DNA of 61,235 bases. It comes from Nitrospinota bacterium. Lineage in GTDB: Bacteria; Nitrospinota; Nitrospinia; Nitrospinales; JACRGP01. The translations under genes were made by a program, and so were the position numbers. The notes under the pieces are model-generated. The model worked only from the letters and a program-made list of their open reading frames with translations. It did no database searches and was not told the DNA's origin. Below, in pieces: positions 8,700-19,163 of the stretch (the first letter of the stretch is position 1; every line of letters starts with the position of its first letter). The stretch covers positions 1-61,235 of the forward strand of contig JACQQK010000074.1 in NCBI GenBank assembly GCA_016207065.1, written 5' to 3'.

Positions 8700-9529
8700 T
8701 CGTTCCCTGGTTTCGCCATGGCGACGGCCTCGTTCAAGCTTCCCGTCCGGTAACCTTCAATATCGACCGCGACGTATTTAAAACCGATCTCCTTGAAGGC
8801 CCGTTGGACCCGGCCGGCAATATCGCCGGAAAAAAACGCCGCGATCTCCTCTTTCGGCAATTCGATGCGGGCGATGTCCCCATGGTGGCGCACCCGCATT
8901 TGCTTGAATCCCAGGGAAATCAGGAAATCCTCGGCATGCTCGATCATGGCCAGTTTTTCCGGCGTGACAGGCTGGCCGTAAGGAATCCGCGAGGAGAGAC
9001 AGGCCATGGCCGGTTTTTCCCAGGTGGAGAGCCCCATTTCGCGCGACAGGGCGCGGATGTCCGCCTTGGTGAAACCGGCGTCGCGCAAGGGGCTTTGGAC
9101 GTTGGCCTCCGCCGCCGCGGAGATGCCAGGACGGTAATCCCCCGCGTCGTCCGCGTTGGTCCCGTTCGCGATATGCGCGTAACCGCGTTCGTCGGCCAGG
9201 GCGCGCAACTTGCCGTACAGCTCGGACTTGCAGAAATAACACCGGTTGACCGGGTTGCTCCGGTAATCGGGAGAATCCATCTCGCCGGTCTGGATAACGA
9301 CGTGCCGCGCGCCGATCGTTTGCGCGAGTTTTCGCGCCTCGTCCAGTTCCCTCCGGGGCACGCTATCCGAACAAGCCGTCGCGGCCAGGACCTTGTCTCC
9401 CAGGACGGAATGGGCCGCGGCCAGGACCAGGGCGCTGTCCACCCCGCCCGAAAACGCAACCACGACGCTTCCCATGTCCCGTATCAGGGATTCCAGCTGG
9501 ATTTTTTTTTGCAGAAGCTCGACATCCAT
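8696..9529 (-). CDS. larE: LarE-family ATP-dependent sulfur transferase
   Basis: PP-loop AFSGGVDS, NRCYFCK, DYRPG, ACLSSRIPYG and GYRTGSLN motifs. Confidence 0.93.
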   Translation of the reverse strand: MDVELLQKKIQLESLIRDMGSVVVAFSGGVDSALVLAAAHSVLGDKVLAATACSDSVPRRELDEARKLAQTIGARHVVIQTGEMDSPDYRSNPVNRCYFCKSELYGKLRALADERGYAHIANGTNADDAGDYRPGISAAAEANVQSPLRDAGFTKADIRALSREMGLSTWEKPAMACLSSRIPYGQPVTPEKLAMIEHAEDFLISLGFKQMRVRHHGDIARIELPKEEIAAFFSGDIAGRVQRAFKEIGFKYVAVDIEGYRTGSLNEAVAMAKPGND

Positions 9530-10038
9530 CTTTTTACGATAGGCCTCGCGTTATTTACCGGTATTCAGGTTAACACAAAGGATTGGCGCAAACCAAAAAC
9601 CATTTTGACAAAACGCGCCGGGTCAACCGCCCGGGCACGGCCCATCCCGCGATTGAACATGAGCGGGGACCCCAGACAACCAATTCTTTACACGCTGGTT
9701 GGGGAATGCTATTCTTAACTTTTGGAGGGGACTGCGGCTTTCCCAGGACTCGCCGCCGGTTGCCGGTATTCGCGCTTTTTTCGCGGAACTCATCGCACAA
9801 CCGGCGGTTGCCAGAGGATACCCCATTGCGCGTCAAGAAAAGAGAACTCGGACGGGACAGACGCGACCCGGCCCCCGGGCTTCCGCCGGAACTCGAAAAT
9901 ATCCGGGGTTGACAGAAGGCCCGCATTTCGCTCCTCTCACGCGCTCTCTTTATCATAACGAACTCCCGTAACGCGCGATCCCGGAAGTCGGAAGCAGGAA
10001 AATACGGACGCAATTGCTTTCGCGTTTTAGCGGCAATC

Positions 10039-11493
10039 ATGCCCTCTTTGGAAAATAACCTGAAAAACCGGTTCTGGAGCGAAAATTTTCCGATTTGCAT
10101 TTTTAGCGCGATCGCCTTTTTATGGAGCGCGAATTTCCTGGACAGGTTTGTTGCCTTTCGCTCGGTTCAGCATCTGATAGCCGGAACGGTATGCGGCGGG
10201 GTCGGCGCGTTCCTGGTTTTTTCGTTGCGCAAGAGCCGGCAACAAGTCAAGAAGCACCTGGTCAATACGCTGGGAGCTTTTGTCCTGGCCCTGGCGCTTT
10301 CGGAATATTCGCTACAGAAGCTGGGCTCCCGCCATGCCGCGCCGCCTCAAGCGGTCCAGGCGCAGAGCCAGGGGATTCGCTTTGACGGGAGAAGCCCTTT
10401 TGAGGTTATCGCGGATTACCGGAGCAAGGGGGAGGACTACTACGAGCCAATTCAACCGGCCTCCTTTCATCGGTTGTTCGGGCGGGATTTGATCGTTGAC
10501 GGCAAAAAGGTCGTGGCTCTTGGCGGCGTGGCCAATGCGAACATCCTGCTTTGCAACGAAAGCGGGGCTTACGTCTCCTATCGCTCGGACGAGTATGGGT
10601 TCAACAACCCCCGCGGGCTGTGGGGCGACGGCGGAGCGATCGATATTGCCGTGATCGGAGATTCCTTCGCGCATGGATATTGCGTCGAACCGGGGCGGCA
10701 TTTTGTGGACCTGGTGAGAAGCCGCTTTTCCCGTACGGTCAATCTGGGGTTTGCCAACAATGGGCCTTTGACGGAGTTGGCCGGAATGCGCGAGTATCTG
10801 GCCGGGAGAAAGGTCAGGTACGCGTTTTTTGCGTATTACGAGGGGAACGATCTCACCAATTTGAACGAAGAAAAAGGCGACGCGATTTTGATGAGCTACC
10901 AGAATGAAAACTTTTCGCAAAACCTGGCGTCCCTGCAGGAAAAAATCAACGAAGCGGTCCGCGAACTCATCGCAACCGAGACGGAAAAGGCCATGAAAAA
11001 AAGCATGGCGCATGATCCAGGGACGGACGCGAGCTCCGCCTGGAGTCAACTTTGGAATCATCCTTTGCACTTTCTGTTTCCGAAGATGTACGAGAAAATC
11101 ACGCAAACCGCGATCGTTCCTCTTTCGGCGGGCGTCGGGAATCAGATATTTCTGGACATGGGTTTGTTCAAGAGAACGTTGGGTCTGGCAAAGTCTTTCA
11201 TGGACAAGGAGAACGGCAAGCTGACGTTTGTTTACCTGCCAACATACGAACGCTACAACAATGAAATCGTCGTCGGGATGAAAATGAAGGACGAAGTCCT
11301 CAAAACAGCTCGTTCGCTCGATCTGGATGTCATCGACATAGAGGCGTTGTTTGGAAAATCGAAAAACCCCAGGTTTCTGTATCAATACGGGATGAAAAAC
11401 CACTATTCCGAGGAGGGGCAGAGAATGATCGCCGACGCAATACTCGGTCATATCGGCAAAGAAGGCAAGCTTGGCGCGGTCGCCGCCCCATAA
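10039..11493 (+). CDS. Membrane-anchored SGNH/GDSL-fold protein (AlgJ/AlgX/PatB-like O-acyltransferase partner)
   Basis: N-terminal TMs, IGDSFAHG, YYEGND and a C-terminal NHYSEEG. Adjacent to an MBOAT gene. Confidence 0.7.
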   Translation: MPSLENNLKNRFWSENFPICIFSAIAFLWSANFLDRFVAFRSVQHLIAGTVCGGVGAFLVFSLRKSRQQVKKHLVNTLGAFVLALALSEYSLQKLGSRHAAPPQAVQAQSQGIRFDGRSPFEVIADYRSKGEDYYEPIQPASFHRLFGRDLIVDGKKVVALGGVANANILLCNESGAYVSYRSDEYGFNNPRGLWGDGGAIDIAVIGDSFAHGYCVEPGRHFVDLVRSRFSRTVNLGFANNGPLTELAGMREYLAGRKVRYAFFAYYEGNDLTNLNEEKGDAILMSYQNENFSQNLASLQEKINEAVRELIATETEKAMKKSMAHDPGTDASSAWSQLWNHPLHFLFPKMYEKITQTAIVPLSAGVGNQIFLDMGLFKRTLGLAKSFMDKENGKLTFVYLPTYERYNNEIVVGMKMKDEVLKTARSLDLDVIDIEALFGKSKNPRFLYQYGMKNHYSEEGQRMIADAILGHIGKEGKLGAVAAP

Positions 11494-11528
11494 ACGGCGC
11501 CGCGGAATGCCCCGGGAGGCGATGCGGA

Positions 11529-12968
11529 TCAAAATTGGAAATAGATGAAGTCCTTGGGGCCGGCCGCGGACCAAGCGAAAACCGCGAACAAAACAAAGAA
11601 GATAAAAAAGTAAAACGCAAACGATCCGGGTTTGAAAAACACCCGGTCCTCCCTTGTGATGAAAAACCACAAGTGCACAACGATCATCCATGGGACGAAG
11701 AACAGATTTGCGGGCGACAAAATTTCCCAGTTTGGGGTTTTTCCGTCCATAAAAAGCATTTTCCCGTACAGTGTCCAGACCACATCCATGTTCCCGGCGC
11801 GGAACGGAACCCAGGCGAAGCATACAAACAGATAAGTGGCCGCCCACTTGCAAAAAGTCAGGGCAAAGCTCGGTTTGAAAACTCCGCCGCGGGAAACCGC
11901 CAAGACGCGGTTGGCGAAAAGCCCCGCGCCGTGCAAACCTCCCCAGAAGACGAAATTCCAGCTCGGACCGTGCCAAAGCCCCCCCAACAGCATGGTTATG
12001 AACGCGTTCAGGCCCGCTCTGGCAAACCCCAGTCGATTCCCCCCCAAGGGAATGTACAGATAATCCCGGAGCCACGAGGAAAGGGAGATGTGCCAGCGAC
12101 GCCAGAAATCGGACAAATCGGCCGCCAGGTAAGGAGTCCGGAAATTCACGGGCAGTTCGTACCCCAGGCTGAGAGCGACGCCGATGGCCATCTCGGAATA
12201 TCCGCTGAAATCGCAAAATATCTGAATCGAATATCCGATAACCGCCAGCCAGGCGGCGGCTCCGTCGTAGGATTGCGGGTCCTTGAATATCGGGTCGATG
12301 ATCGGCTGGATGTTGTCGGCGATAACCGCTTTTAAGAAGAGCCCGTAAAGAAAAACTTGCAGTCCTTTAAGAAAGTTTTCTCCGGAAATCGTCGCCGGAC
12401 GGAGAAGCTGTGGAAGGAAACTGGCGGCGCGGGCAATAGGTCCCGCCATGATTTGAGGAAAAAATCCCACATACAAGGCGAAGTCGAGCGGGTCATCCGC
12501 GGGCTTCATTTTCCCCAAATAGATGTCCAGGGGATAAGTCATCGCCTGAAACGTGTAAAACGAAATGCCGATGGGCAGGATGATGTCGAGGCGCGACGCC
12601 GAAATATGGAAACCGGCCAGGAGATAATTCGCGGAATCCACGAAAAAATTGCAATACTTGAAAAAACCCAGTATGCCGAGGTTGACCGCGAGACACATTG
12701 TAAGATAAAACCTTTTTTGCTTTTTTTCCCTGGCGTGGAATATTCCGCGACCCGCCCAATAATCGATCGCCGTAATGGCGATGACCAGAGAAAGAAAACG
12801 CGCGTCCCAGTACGCATAAAAATAATAGCTGGCGGCCAGCAGAAAAAATTTGTCCAACTTGAAAGGCAGGACAGCATCCGGAGATCGTACGGATGCCGCG
12901 TTCAGTAGAAAATGGACGCCGTAAACGATGATGAAAAAAACAAAAAAGGCGGCGCTTTGAAATACCAT
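11529..12968 (-). CDS. MBOAT family O-acyltransferase (AlgI/PatA/DltB-like)
   Basis: LPIGISFYTFQ, FFPQIMAGPI, DFSGYS, FWRRWHISLSSWLRDYLYIPLGG, GLWHG and a terminal FIYFQF. ATG 12968 preferred. Confidence 0.95.
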   Translation of the reverse strand: MVFQSAAFFVFFIIVYGVHFLLNAASVRSPDAVLPFKLDKFFLLAASYYFYAYWDARFLSLVIAITAIDYWAGRGIFHAREKKQKRFYLTMCLAVNLGILGFFKYCNFFVDSANYLLAGFHISASRLDIILPIGISFYTFQAMTYPLDIYLGKMKPADDPLDFALYVGFFPQIMAGPIARAASFLPQLLRPATISGENFLKGLQVFLYGLFLKAVIADNIQPIIDPIFKDPQSYDGAAAWLAVIGYSIQIFCDFSGYSEMAIGVALSLGYELPVNFRTPYLAADLSDFWRRWHISLSSWLRDYLYIPLGGNRLGFARAGLNAFITMLLGGLWHGPSWNFVFWGGLHGAGLFANRVLAVSRGGVFKPSFALTFCKWAATYLFVCFAWVPFRAGNMDVVWTLYGKMLFMDGKTPNWEILSPANLFFVPWMIVVHLWFFITREDRVFFKPGSFAFYFFIFFVLFAVFAWSAAGPKDFIYFQF

Positions 12969-13498
12969 GGGTTGTTCCAAGACGACTTGCCCCTTCGCAA
13001 CGCGCAAGGGGGGAAAGGGAAGCAGGCATGATGGTCCGGCAATTATAACTTGATCTTCAGGCAAGGGCTGAAGAACGAGCGATTATTGCCGATAAAGGCT
13101 GTGGCGGCTTGTTTGCATCCGAATCGGAGATAGAGAGGACTGAGACATGAAAGGTCGAGGTTTCCCGCGCCACGCCAGACTCGAGCAACACGTACGCTTT
13201 GTGGCATCCTACAATCTCGACATGGAAAAAGCAATGCGTTTCCGATTTGCCGTCCGAGCGGAAAATTTCCGGGTTTGCCCGGAAAACCGCCCCTCGATCC
13301 GGCCCGCGTTTTTCTCAATATTCCCCCGTGGGCCGGTTTTCAATTGACCTTCATGGTTTTGAAAAATATAATTAAACTGTTTTTAAAAGTACGGTCAAGC
13401 TTTGTTGAAAATATTTCCGCCGTTGTTTCGGCTAATCTGGCTCAAGTTGCCAACCGTTAACACCCCAATAACCCGATATCGTTCAATGGATTCCTTAT

Positions 13499-14992
13499 AT
13501 GAAACTCACCTTAGTTTACCCGACGTTTGGAATGGAAAAAAATCCGGTCCAGCCGTTTGGGATTCTGTACGTTGCCGCCGCTTTACAGAAAGCGGATTTT
13601 GAAGTCAGCATTATCGACACGTCGCTTTTTTCCGGGTTTGACGAGTTTGAGCAGGCGCTATCGCGGGAAAAACCGGATGTTCTGGGGTTTACCATCCCGA
13701 CCTGGCTACTGAACAACTCCTACAAGGCCATCAAAATCGCCCGCCGGGTCATGCCGCGCATACCCATTATCGTGGGCGGGCCGCATCCGACGATCCAGGC
13801 CGAGGAGATGTTGGAGTCTTTCGGCGCCGACGTCGCCTGTATCGGCGAAGGCGAGATCACCACCGTCGAGCTTTGCGAAGCGCTGAAAAACAAAACCGAT
13901 CTCCAGCGGGTAAAGGGCATCGTTTATCGCGACGGCGACCGGTTTATCCGTACCCCGCCCAGGGAAAAAGTCAAGGACCTGGACACCCTCGCCTGGCCCG
14001 CGCGCGATTTGTTGAACATATCGGCCTATCTGCAACAACCTCCCAACCCGCCGGAGCTTTACCCCTTGCTGGGCATTCTGGCCTCCAGAGGTTGCCCTTT
14101 CAGTTGCACTTTTTGCGCCGACACCCTGCACGAACTCTTCGGCAAATCCATCCGCTACCGCTCCCCGAAAGACGTCGTGGACGAAATGGAATTTATTACC
14201 CATAAATACAAATTGAGGGGCATTCGCATTGTCGACGACGAATTCACCGCCAACAACAAATGGGTGATGAAGTTTTGCGACGAAATGATCCGGCGCAAAG
14301 TGAAGGTGAGTTGGAGTTGCAACAGCCGGGTGGACACCGTTTCCGAGGAACTCATACAAAAAATGAAGGAAGCGGGATGCTCCTACATCATTTTCGGGGT
14401 CGAATCTGGGTCGCAACAAATTCTCGACTCCCTACGCAAGGAAATCAAAGTGGAGGAAATCAAAAGGGCTTTTGCGATTTGCAACAAATACGGTTTGCCC
14501 ACCCGTTGCAATCTGATGGTGGGGTCTCCCGGCGAAACCATGGATACGTTCAACGAGACCAAGCGACTGCTTTCCGACATCGAGCCGGACTTCATCATCG
14601 TCGGCATCACCTCGCCCATTCCAGGCACGGAGCTTTACGATCAAGCCAAGGCGAAAGGCATCACCATCGCCAAATCGGACTCCTCGATCGACCGTTTCCA
14701 GAGCCTGCTGATCCTGGAGAACTTCACACACCAGGAAACCGTGGGGCTGGTCAAAAACCTCTTCCACCATTACTTCAAGATCGTTGCTTCCTATCTTTAC
14801 AATCCGGTGCAACTGTTTAAAAAACGGCATTTTTTCAAGGCGATATTCCGCTATTTTTACAACATGTTCGCGCAAAACCCCAGGCTGTGCCTCAGCACCG
14901 TTTTGCACCTTGTGAACTATCAAAAAGTGCGTTTCGGAAACGCCTTGACCGTAGCCAACGTGGTTGAAGAGCAAAGGAAGTTCATTTGCTGA
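13499..14992 (+). CDS. Cobalamin-binding radical SAM protein
   Basis: B12-binding N-domain (GGPHPT, GEGE), SRGCPFSCTFC (CxxxCxxC) and GVESGSQ. Confidence 0.93.
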   Translation: MKLTLVYPTFGMEKNPVQPFGILYVAAALQKADFEVSIIDTSLFSGFDEFEQALSREKPDVLGFTIPTWLLNNSYKAIKIARRVMPRIPIIVGGPHPTIQAEEMLESFGADVACIGEGEITTVELCEALKNKTDLQRVKGIVYRDGDRFIRTPPREKVKDLDTLAWPARDLLNISAYLQQPPNPPELYPLLGILASRGCPFSCTFCADTLHELFGKSIRYRSPKDVVDEMEFITHKYKLRGIRIVDDEFTANNKWVMKFCDEMIRRKVKVSWSCNSRVDTVSEELIQKMKEAGCSYIIFGVESGSQQILDSLRKEIKVEEIKRAFAICNKYGLPTRCNLMVGSPGETMDTFNETKRLLSDIEPDFIIVGITSPIPGTELYDQAKAKGITIAKSDSSIDRFQSLLILENFTHQETVGLVKNLFHHYFKIVASYLYNPVQLFKKRHFFKAIFRYFYNMFAQNPRLCLSTVLHLVNYQKVRFGNALTVANVVEEQRKFIC

Positions 14993-15085
14993 TCCCCCCG
15001 TTTCGGATCGGAATTCCAACCGGGGCGCTCGATTTTCGGTCCCCGATTAAAGCCGCCGCGCCATCGTATTGATAAACTTCGCTCC

Positions 15086-16342
15086 ATGCCGGGAAACGGA
15101 ATAAAAACCTCCAGATCGTTGCTGGTCTTCACCTCGACTTTCCCGAGATGGAAGGGAGACAAGCTCCCGGCGGACTTCGTTTTCCGTCTCGCGCGAGAAA
15201 TGACTCGGCATTATTCCACGTTCGTCCTGGCTCCTCACGATTCCACCGCCGCGGAAAGCGAGGAAATGGACTCCGTCGCCGTTCGCCGGTTCCCTTATTT
15301 CTGGCCGAGGAGGCTCCAGAAGCTGGCGGACGGGAAGGGCATCCTGGCGAACATACGCGGGAGCCTTCTCGCCTGGCTCCAGGTCCCGTTTTTTTTGTTC
15401 CGCGAGGCCTTGGCGTTCGCCAGGGTCGTGCGGGAAAACAATATCGGAATTGTAAACTCGCACTGGCTTGTCCCGCAAGGCGTCATCGCCGCTTTTTTCA
15501 AGAAGAGATACGGGTTTGTTCACGCCATAACCGTCCACGCCGCCGACGTATTTCTGCTCAACCGTCTGCCTTTCGGAAAACGCGTTGCGCGGTATATCGT
15601 GGAAAACGCCGACCTCATCATTCCCGTCAGCAAGCACAACCACGATCTTTTGCGCGGCATGGCCGGACGCGACTTCAAGTCGCTGATTCTGCCCATGGGA
15701 GTCGACGTCGAGTTTTTCGGCGGTTCAGGCGCCACCAAGCCAAAGGCGGAACTCTCGGTCGATCCGTCAAAGCGGACGATTCTTTTCGTCGGAAAACTTA
15801 CCGAAAAAAAAGGCGTCGTTTATCTCATCCGCGCCATGAAGGAGTTGCTGACGAAACTGCCCGACGTCCAATTGGCGATCGTGGGGGACGGTTATCTGCG
15901 GCCGGAATTGGAAAAGGAAAGCCTGGAGCTTGGGAACGCGGTCAAATTTGTCGGCCAGAAATCCCGGGACGAAGTCCGGGATTATCTGCAAGTCGCGGAA
16001 GCCCTGGTTGTCCCTTCCATCATTGACCGGCATGGGGAAACCGAGGGCGTACCGCTGGTAATTCTTGAGGCAATGGCCGCTGGACGGCCCATCGTCGCCA
16101 CCGATGTCGGCGGCAATTCCCAGATGGTTTTTCATGGAGAAAACGGATATATTGTCCGAGAAAAAGATCCATCGGGAATCGCCGAATCTCTCCTGTCGCT
16201 TTTATCCGAGGGCCGGGCGTCCGGGATGGGGCGGAAATCCCTGGAAATCATAAAAGACCTGGACTGGAAAATCGTCGGAGAACGTTATAAAACCGCTATC
16301 GAACAAAGTTGCCGCCAACCCCGGCCATCCCATAAGCCTTGA
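15086..16342 (+). CDS. Glycosyltransferase family 4
   Basis: HWLVPQG, FVGKLTEKKG and EGVPLVILEAMAAG (EX7E) motifs. Confidence 0.93.
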   Translation: MPGNGIKTSRSLLVFTSTFPRWKGDKLPADFVFRLAREMTRHYSTFVLAPHDSTAAESEEMDSVAVRRFPYFWPRRLQKLADGKGILANIRGSLLAWLQVPFFLFREALAFARVVRENNIGIVNSHWLVPQGVIAAFFKKRYGFVHAITVHAADVFLLNRLPFGKRVARYIVENADLIIPVSKHNHDLLRGMAGRDFKSLILPMGVDVEFFGGSGATKPKAELSVDPSKRTILFVGKLTEKKGVVYLIRAMKELLTKLPDVQLAIVGDGYLRPELEKESLELGNAVKFVGQKSRDEVRDYLQVAEALVVPSIIDRHGETEGVPLVILEAMAAGRPIVATDVGGNSQMVFHGENGYIVREKDPSGIAESLLSLLSEGRASGMGRKSLEIIKDLDWKIVGERYKTAIEQSCRQPRPSHKP

Positions 16343-17439
16343 AGAAAACCGTCCTTGTAGTTTCCATTCCCATCGTTCCTCCCTGGAACCAGGCCAGCAA
16401 GAATTTCGCGATCAATCTTGCCCGTCACTCGCGCCACGATTTTATTCTGATGTCGACGCACAATGGCCGCGAGGGCAACGTGTTTTTCGAACGGTTTTAT
16501 TCCTCGAAAAACATCGATCTGACGTCCTTCCAGAAAATATTCATGCTGATGAAGTTTCTGCTGAGAAAAAACTCCGGGATCGATATCCTGCATTTCGTTT
16601 TTGAGCCAAACCCGGCGGCGCTGTCGATATGGAGCTGGGTCGCGAAAATAATGCGGAAGCCCTGCGTGCACACGTTATTAAATCTTTTGGACGAGCGTCA
16701 GGATTGCCGAAAACTGCTTTTTGCCGACCGCATAACGGTCTGCACCAACAAGGTCTTGCGACAGTTGCGGGAAAAACAAGTCGAAAACGTCAGCCTGATC
16801 GTTCCGGGTATTCATGTCGAAAATTTTGCCAGACGAGAGAAGCGCCCGGAGATTTTCAAGAAATACGGCTTGCCGGAACGCCCCATAATCCTTTTCCCGG
16901 GGACGTATTACCCGCATCACGGAATGGAAACCATGTTCGAATCCTTCTTGAAAATCATCAAGACCCGCAACGACGTTTCCCTGGTTTCCGCCTGCCGGGT
17001 CCGGACCCCGTTGGAGGAAAGCGAGGAGGCGCGCTTCAAAAAAAAGGCGCTGGAAATGCGCTTGCAGGACAAAATTTTCTTTTTGCGGATAGTTCCCGAC
17101 ATGGCGGAATTGTTGAGCCTGTCCGATGTTTGCGTTTTCCCCCCGTCGCTGTTGATGGACAAGGCTTCCGTGCCCTTGATCGTGCTGGAAGCCGCAGCGG
17201 CGGAGCTTCCCGTCGTCGCAACCAACATACCCACTTTGGACGAGATCAAATGTCTGCATCCGGATTTTACCGTCCCGCCGCTCGACAGTTCCTTGCTGGC
17301 GGAGAAAATCCTGCAACTGTTGCGGGACAAAAACCTTTCCCGGTCGGTCGCCGCATGGCAGAAGGAAGCGGTGACGAGATATTATGACGCAAGAAACATG
17401 GCGCAAGAATACGATCTCTTATACGATCGATTGATTTGA
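16339..17439 (+). CDS. Glycosyltransferase family 4 (divergent)
   Basis: GT-B C-terminal motif PLIVLEAAAAELPVVATN. Coupled to both neighbours by 4-nt overlaps. Confidence 0.85.
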   Translation: MKKTVLVVSIPIVPPWNQASKNFAINLARHSRHDFILMSTHNGREGNVFFERFYSSKNIDLTSFQKIFMLMKFLLRKNSGIDILHFVFEPNPAALSIWSWVAKIMRKPCVHTLLNLLDERQDCRKLLFADRITVCTNKVLRQLREKQVENVSLIVPGIHVENFARREKRPEIFKKYGLPERPIILFPGTYYPHHGMETMFESFLKIIKTRNDVSLVSACRVRTPLEESEEARFKKKALEMRLQDKIFFLRIVPDMAELLSLSDVCVFPPSLLMDKASVPLIVLEAAAAELPVVATNIPTLDEIKCLHPDFTVPPLDSSLLAEKILQLLRDKNLSRSVAAWQKEAVTRYYDARNMAQEYDLLYDRLI

Positions 17440-18086
17440 AAATCGCCGGAAGCTCGCGCATGATCATCAGCTTTTCAGGGTTGGACGGATCGGGCAAGAC
17501 CACGCAGATCGAATTGCTGGCTGGACTTTTGCGTTCCAGAGGCATTCCCTTCGGCATCGTGAGGACGGGGCGGATTTCCCTCGTCGAGTCGGCGAAAAGT
17601 GCGTTGCAAACGCTCGGATGCGGCTGGGTTTCCCGCGTCGAAAAGGCGCAACGCGAGAAAAGCGGCAATCCCTCGCTGTTGAAAAGAATCCTGACGTTCG
17701 TCCGCCCACTGTGTTTTGTGGCCGACATCTTGATCTTTCAAGCGTTTTACCGGTTGCCTTTCCGCCTCAAGCGCGAAACCATGTTGTGCGACCGGTATTT
17801 TTTCGACGCCATCGCGCACTTTTTGCATCTCGGCATATGTTCGCGGCGCACGGCCTTCTCTCTGCTCGGCCTTGCTCCCAAGGCGGACATTGCCTTCTAT
17901 CTGCAAATCCGCGCCCGCGCCGCTTATCGGAGAAAACCGGAGTATGACGAATCGTATTTCGACGACAAAGCCGGAATCTACGCCGACATCGCCGAAAAAC
18001 TTGGAATGACCGTTATCGAAACCGGCGACATTCAGGAAACGTTCCAGTCCATCCAGCGCCATCTGCGCTCGCGGTCGGTTTTGTAG
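17436..18086 (+). CDS. Thymidylate-kinase-like P-loop kinase
   Basis: SGLDGSGKTT Walker A and CDRY motif. Embedded in a GT operon, so probably not the housekeeping tmk. Confidence 0.8.
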   Translation: MKIAGSSRMIISFSGLDGSGKTTQIELLAGLLRSRGIPFGIVRTGRISLVESAKSALQTLGCGWVSRVEKAQREKSGNPSLLKRILTFVRPLCFVADILIFQAFYRLPFRLKRETMLCDRYFFDAIAHFLHLGICSRRTAFSLLGLAPKADIAFYLQIRARAAYRRKPEYDESYFDDKAGIYADIAEKLGMTVIETGDIQETFQSIQRHLRSRSVL

Positions 18087-18092
18087 GCGCCG

Positions 18093-19025
18093 ATGCAAAA
18101 ACACAAATATCTTCTCCTTGCTCTCGTATTGTTCGCGGCGGTTTATTTCGCCCGTAGCAACCTGGACGAGATCAAAAAAATTCAAAACGTCCGGGCCGAA
18201 ACCGTCCTGTCTCTCGTCGTTCTCAACCTATTGAGCAGGATGACGGTGGGATACCGCATCAAAACCGTCTCGCGGATATACGGCATCGACATCGGATTCG
18301 GCGAATGGTTCGGCGTCGCCGCGATCAACAGTTTCTACAATTATCTGCTCGCGAAGAGCGGAACCCTGGCCAACGCCATGTACTTCGGAAAAAAATACGG
18401 CGTGTCGATGCCGAACTATATCGTGACGTTTGGTTCCACGCACGTATTCACGTTGCTGGCCTGCGGCATCGTCGGCCTGCCCGCCTCGGTTTACGCGGCC
18501 GGCAGGGGTTATCCCGCCGACGCCTTGTGCGCGCTGTTTCTTTTTCTCCTCGCGGTTCCATGCGTTTTGATTTTTTTTCCAGACCTTGAATGGAAGGGCG
18601 GGAGTACCCTTCAAAACAAGGCGCGGTCCCTGTTGCAAGGATGGTCGGTTTTGCGGCGCTCGAAAGAAACATGCGCGCTTTTGCTGTTATGCGAGTTGTC
18701 GAACCTGTTGTTCTTCGCCCTGCGGTTTTACCTGGCGTTCCAGGCGTTCGGGTACGACCTCGATTTCTGGGTTTCTCTCTTGCTGTCTCCCGTGACGTTG
18801 CTTTCGGGATTCATCGGAATCACTCCCGCCGCCTTGGGGATACGAGAGGCGGCGGGAGGCCTGTTGACGCGTCTGCTGGGCTTCGGCATGCAGGCCGGCG
18901 TTCTGGCGACGGTTCTCGATCGCGCCGTGGTCATGACCATCGCCTTTACCCTGGGGCCGTTTTTTTCCTACACGTTGCTGAAAGGCATCGACGCCGCCCC
19001 CCACAAGCCGCAAGAGAAGATTTGA
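18093..19025 (+). CDS. Flippase-like membrane protein (LPG-synthase TM / UPF0104 family)
   Basis: Multiple TMs and a TPAALGIREA motif. Confidence 0.8.
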   Translation: MQKHKYLLLALVLFAAVYFARSNLDEIKKIQNVRAETVLSLVVLNLLSRMTVGYRIKTVSRIYGIDIGFGEWFGVAAINSFYNYLLAKSGTLANAMYFGKKYGVSMPNYIVTFGSTHVFTLLACGIVGLPASVYAAGRGYPADALCALFLFLLAVPCVLIFFPDLEWKGGSTLQNKARSLLQGWSVLRRSKETCALLLLCELSNLLFFALRFYLAFQAFGYDLDFWVSLLLSPVTLLSGFIGITPAALGIREAAGGLLTRLLGFGMQAGVLATVLDRAVVMTIAFTLGPFFSYTLLKGIDAAPHKPQEKI

Positions 19026-19163
19026 GGGCGTCGCGGCAAAATAGTTTATTGCCGCGAGACGCGGGGTTTGATTTTGGTAAAAACCTTGGGAATCGCCTGT
19101 GTTAAGATGAAATCCGGTTTTTATCGAACATAAACGCTCATTTCGGTTTTTGGACGGAGGTCG

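Noticed and set aside
9530-10038. 500-bp intergenic region with short inverted repeats and CCGGAAG..GAAGCAG resembling SRP RNA
   Set aside because: The SRP helix-8 pairing and flanking stem cannot be formed. It is more likely a divergent promoter region.
10312-12216. Long antisense or alternative-frame ORFs (e.g. 634 aa here, also 2772..4253, 53926..55818, 52776..54131)
   Set aside because: Shadows of well-supported genes in GC-rich DNA, with no motifs.
13147-13347. 66-aa ORF with GAGGA upstream, before the B12 radical SAM (possible precursor peptide)
   Set aside because: No leader or core features, and it lies in a divergent promoter region with overlapping spurious ORFs. Unsupported without homology data.
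17436-18086. Assigning gene symbol tmk
   Set aside because: It lacks the typical EG.DG start and REPG motif and sits in a GT operon. The substrate is uncertain.
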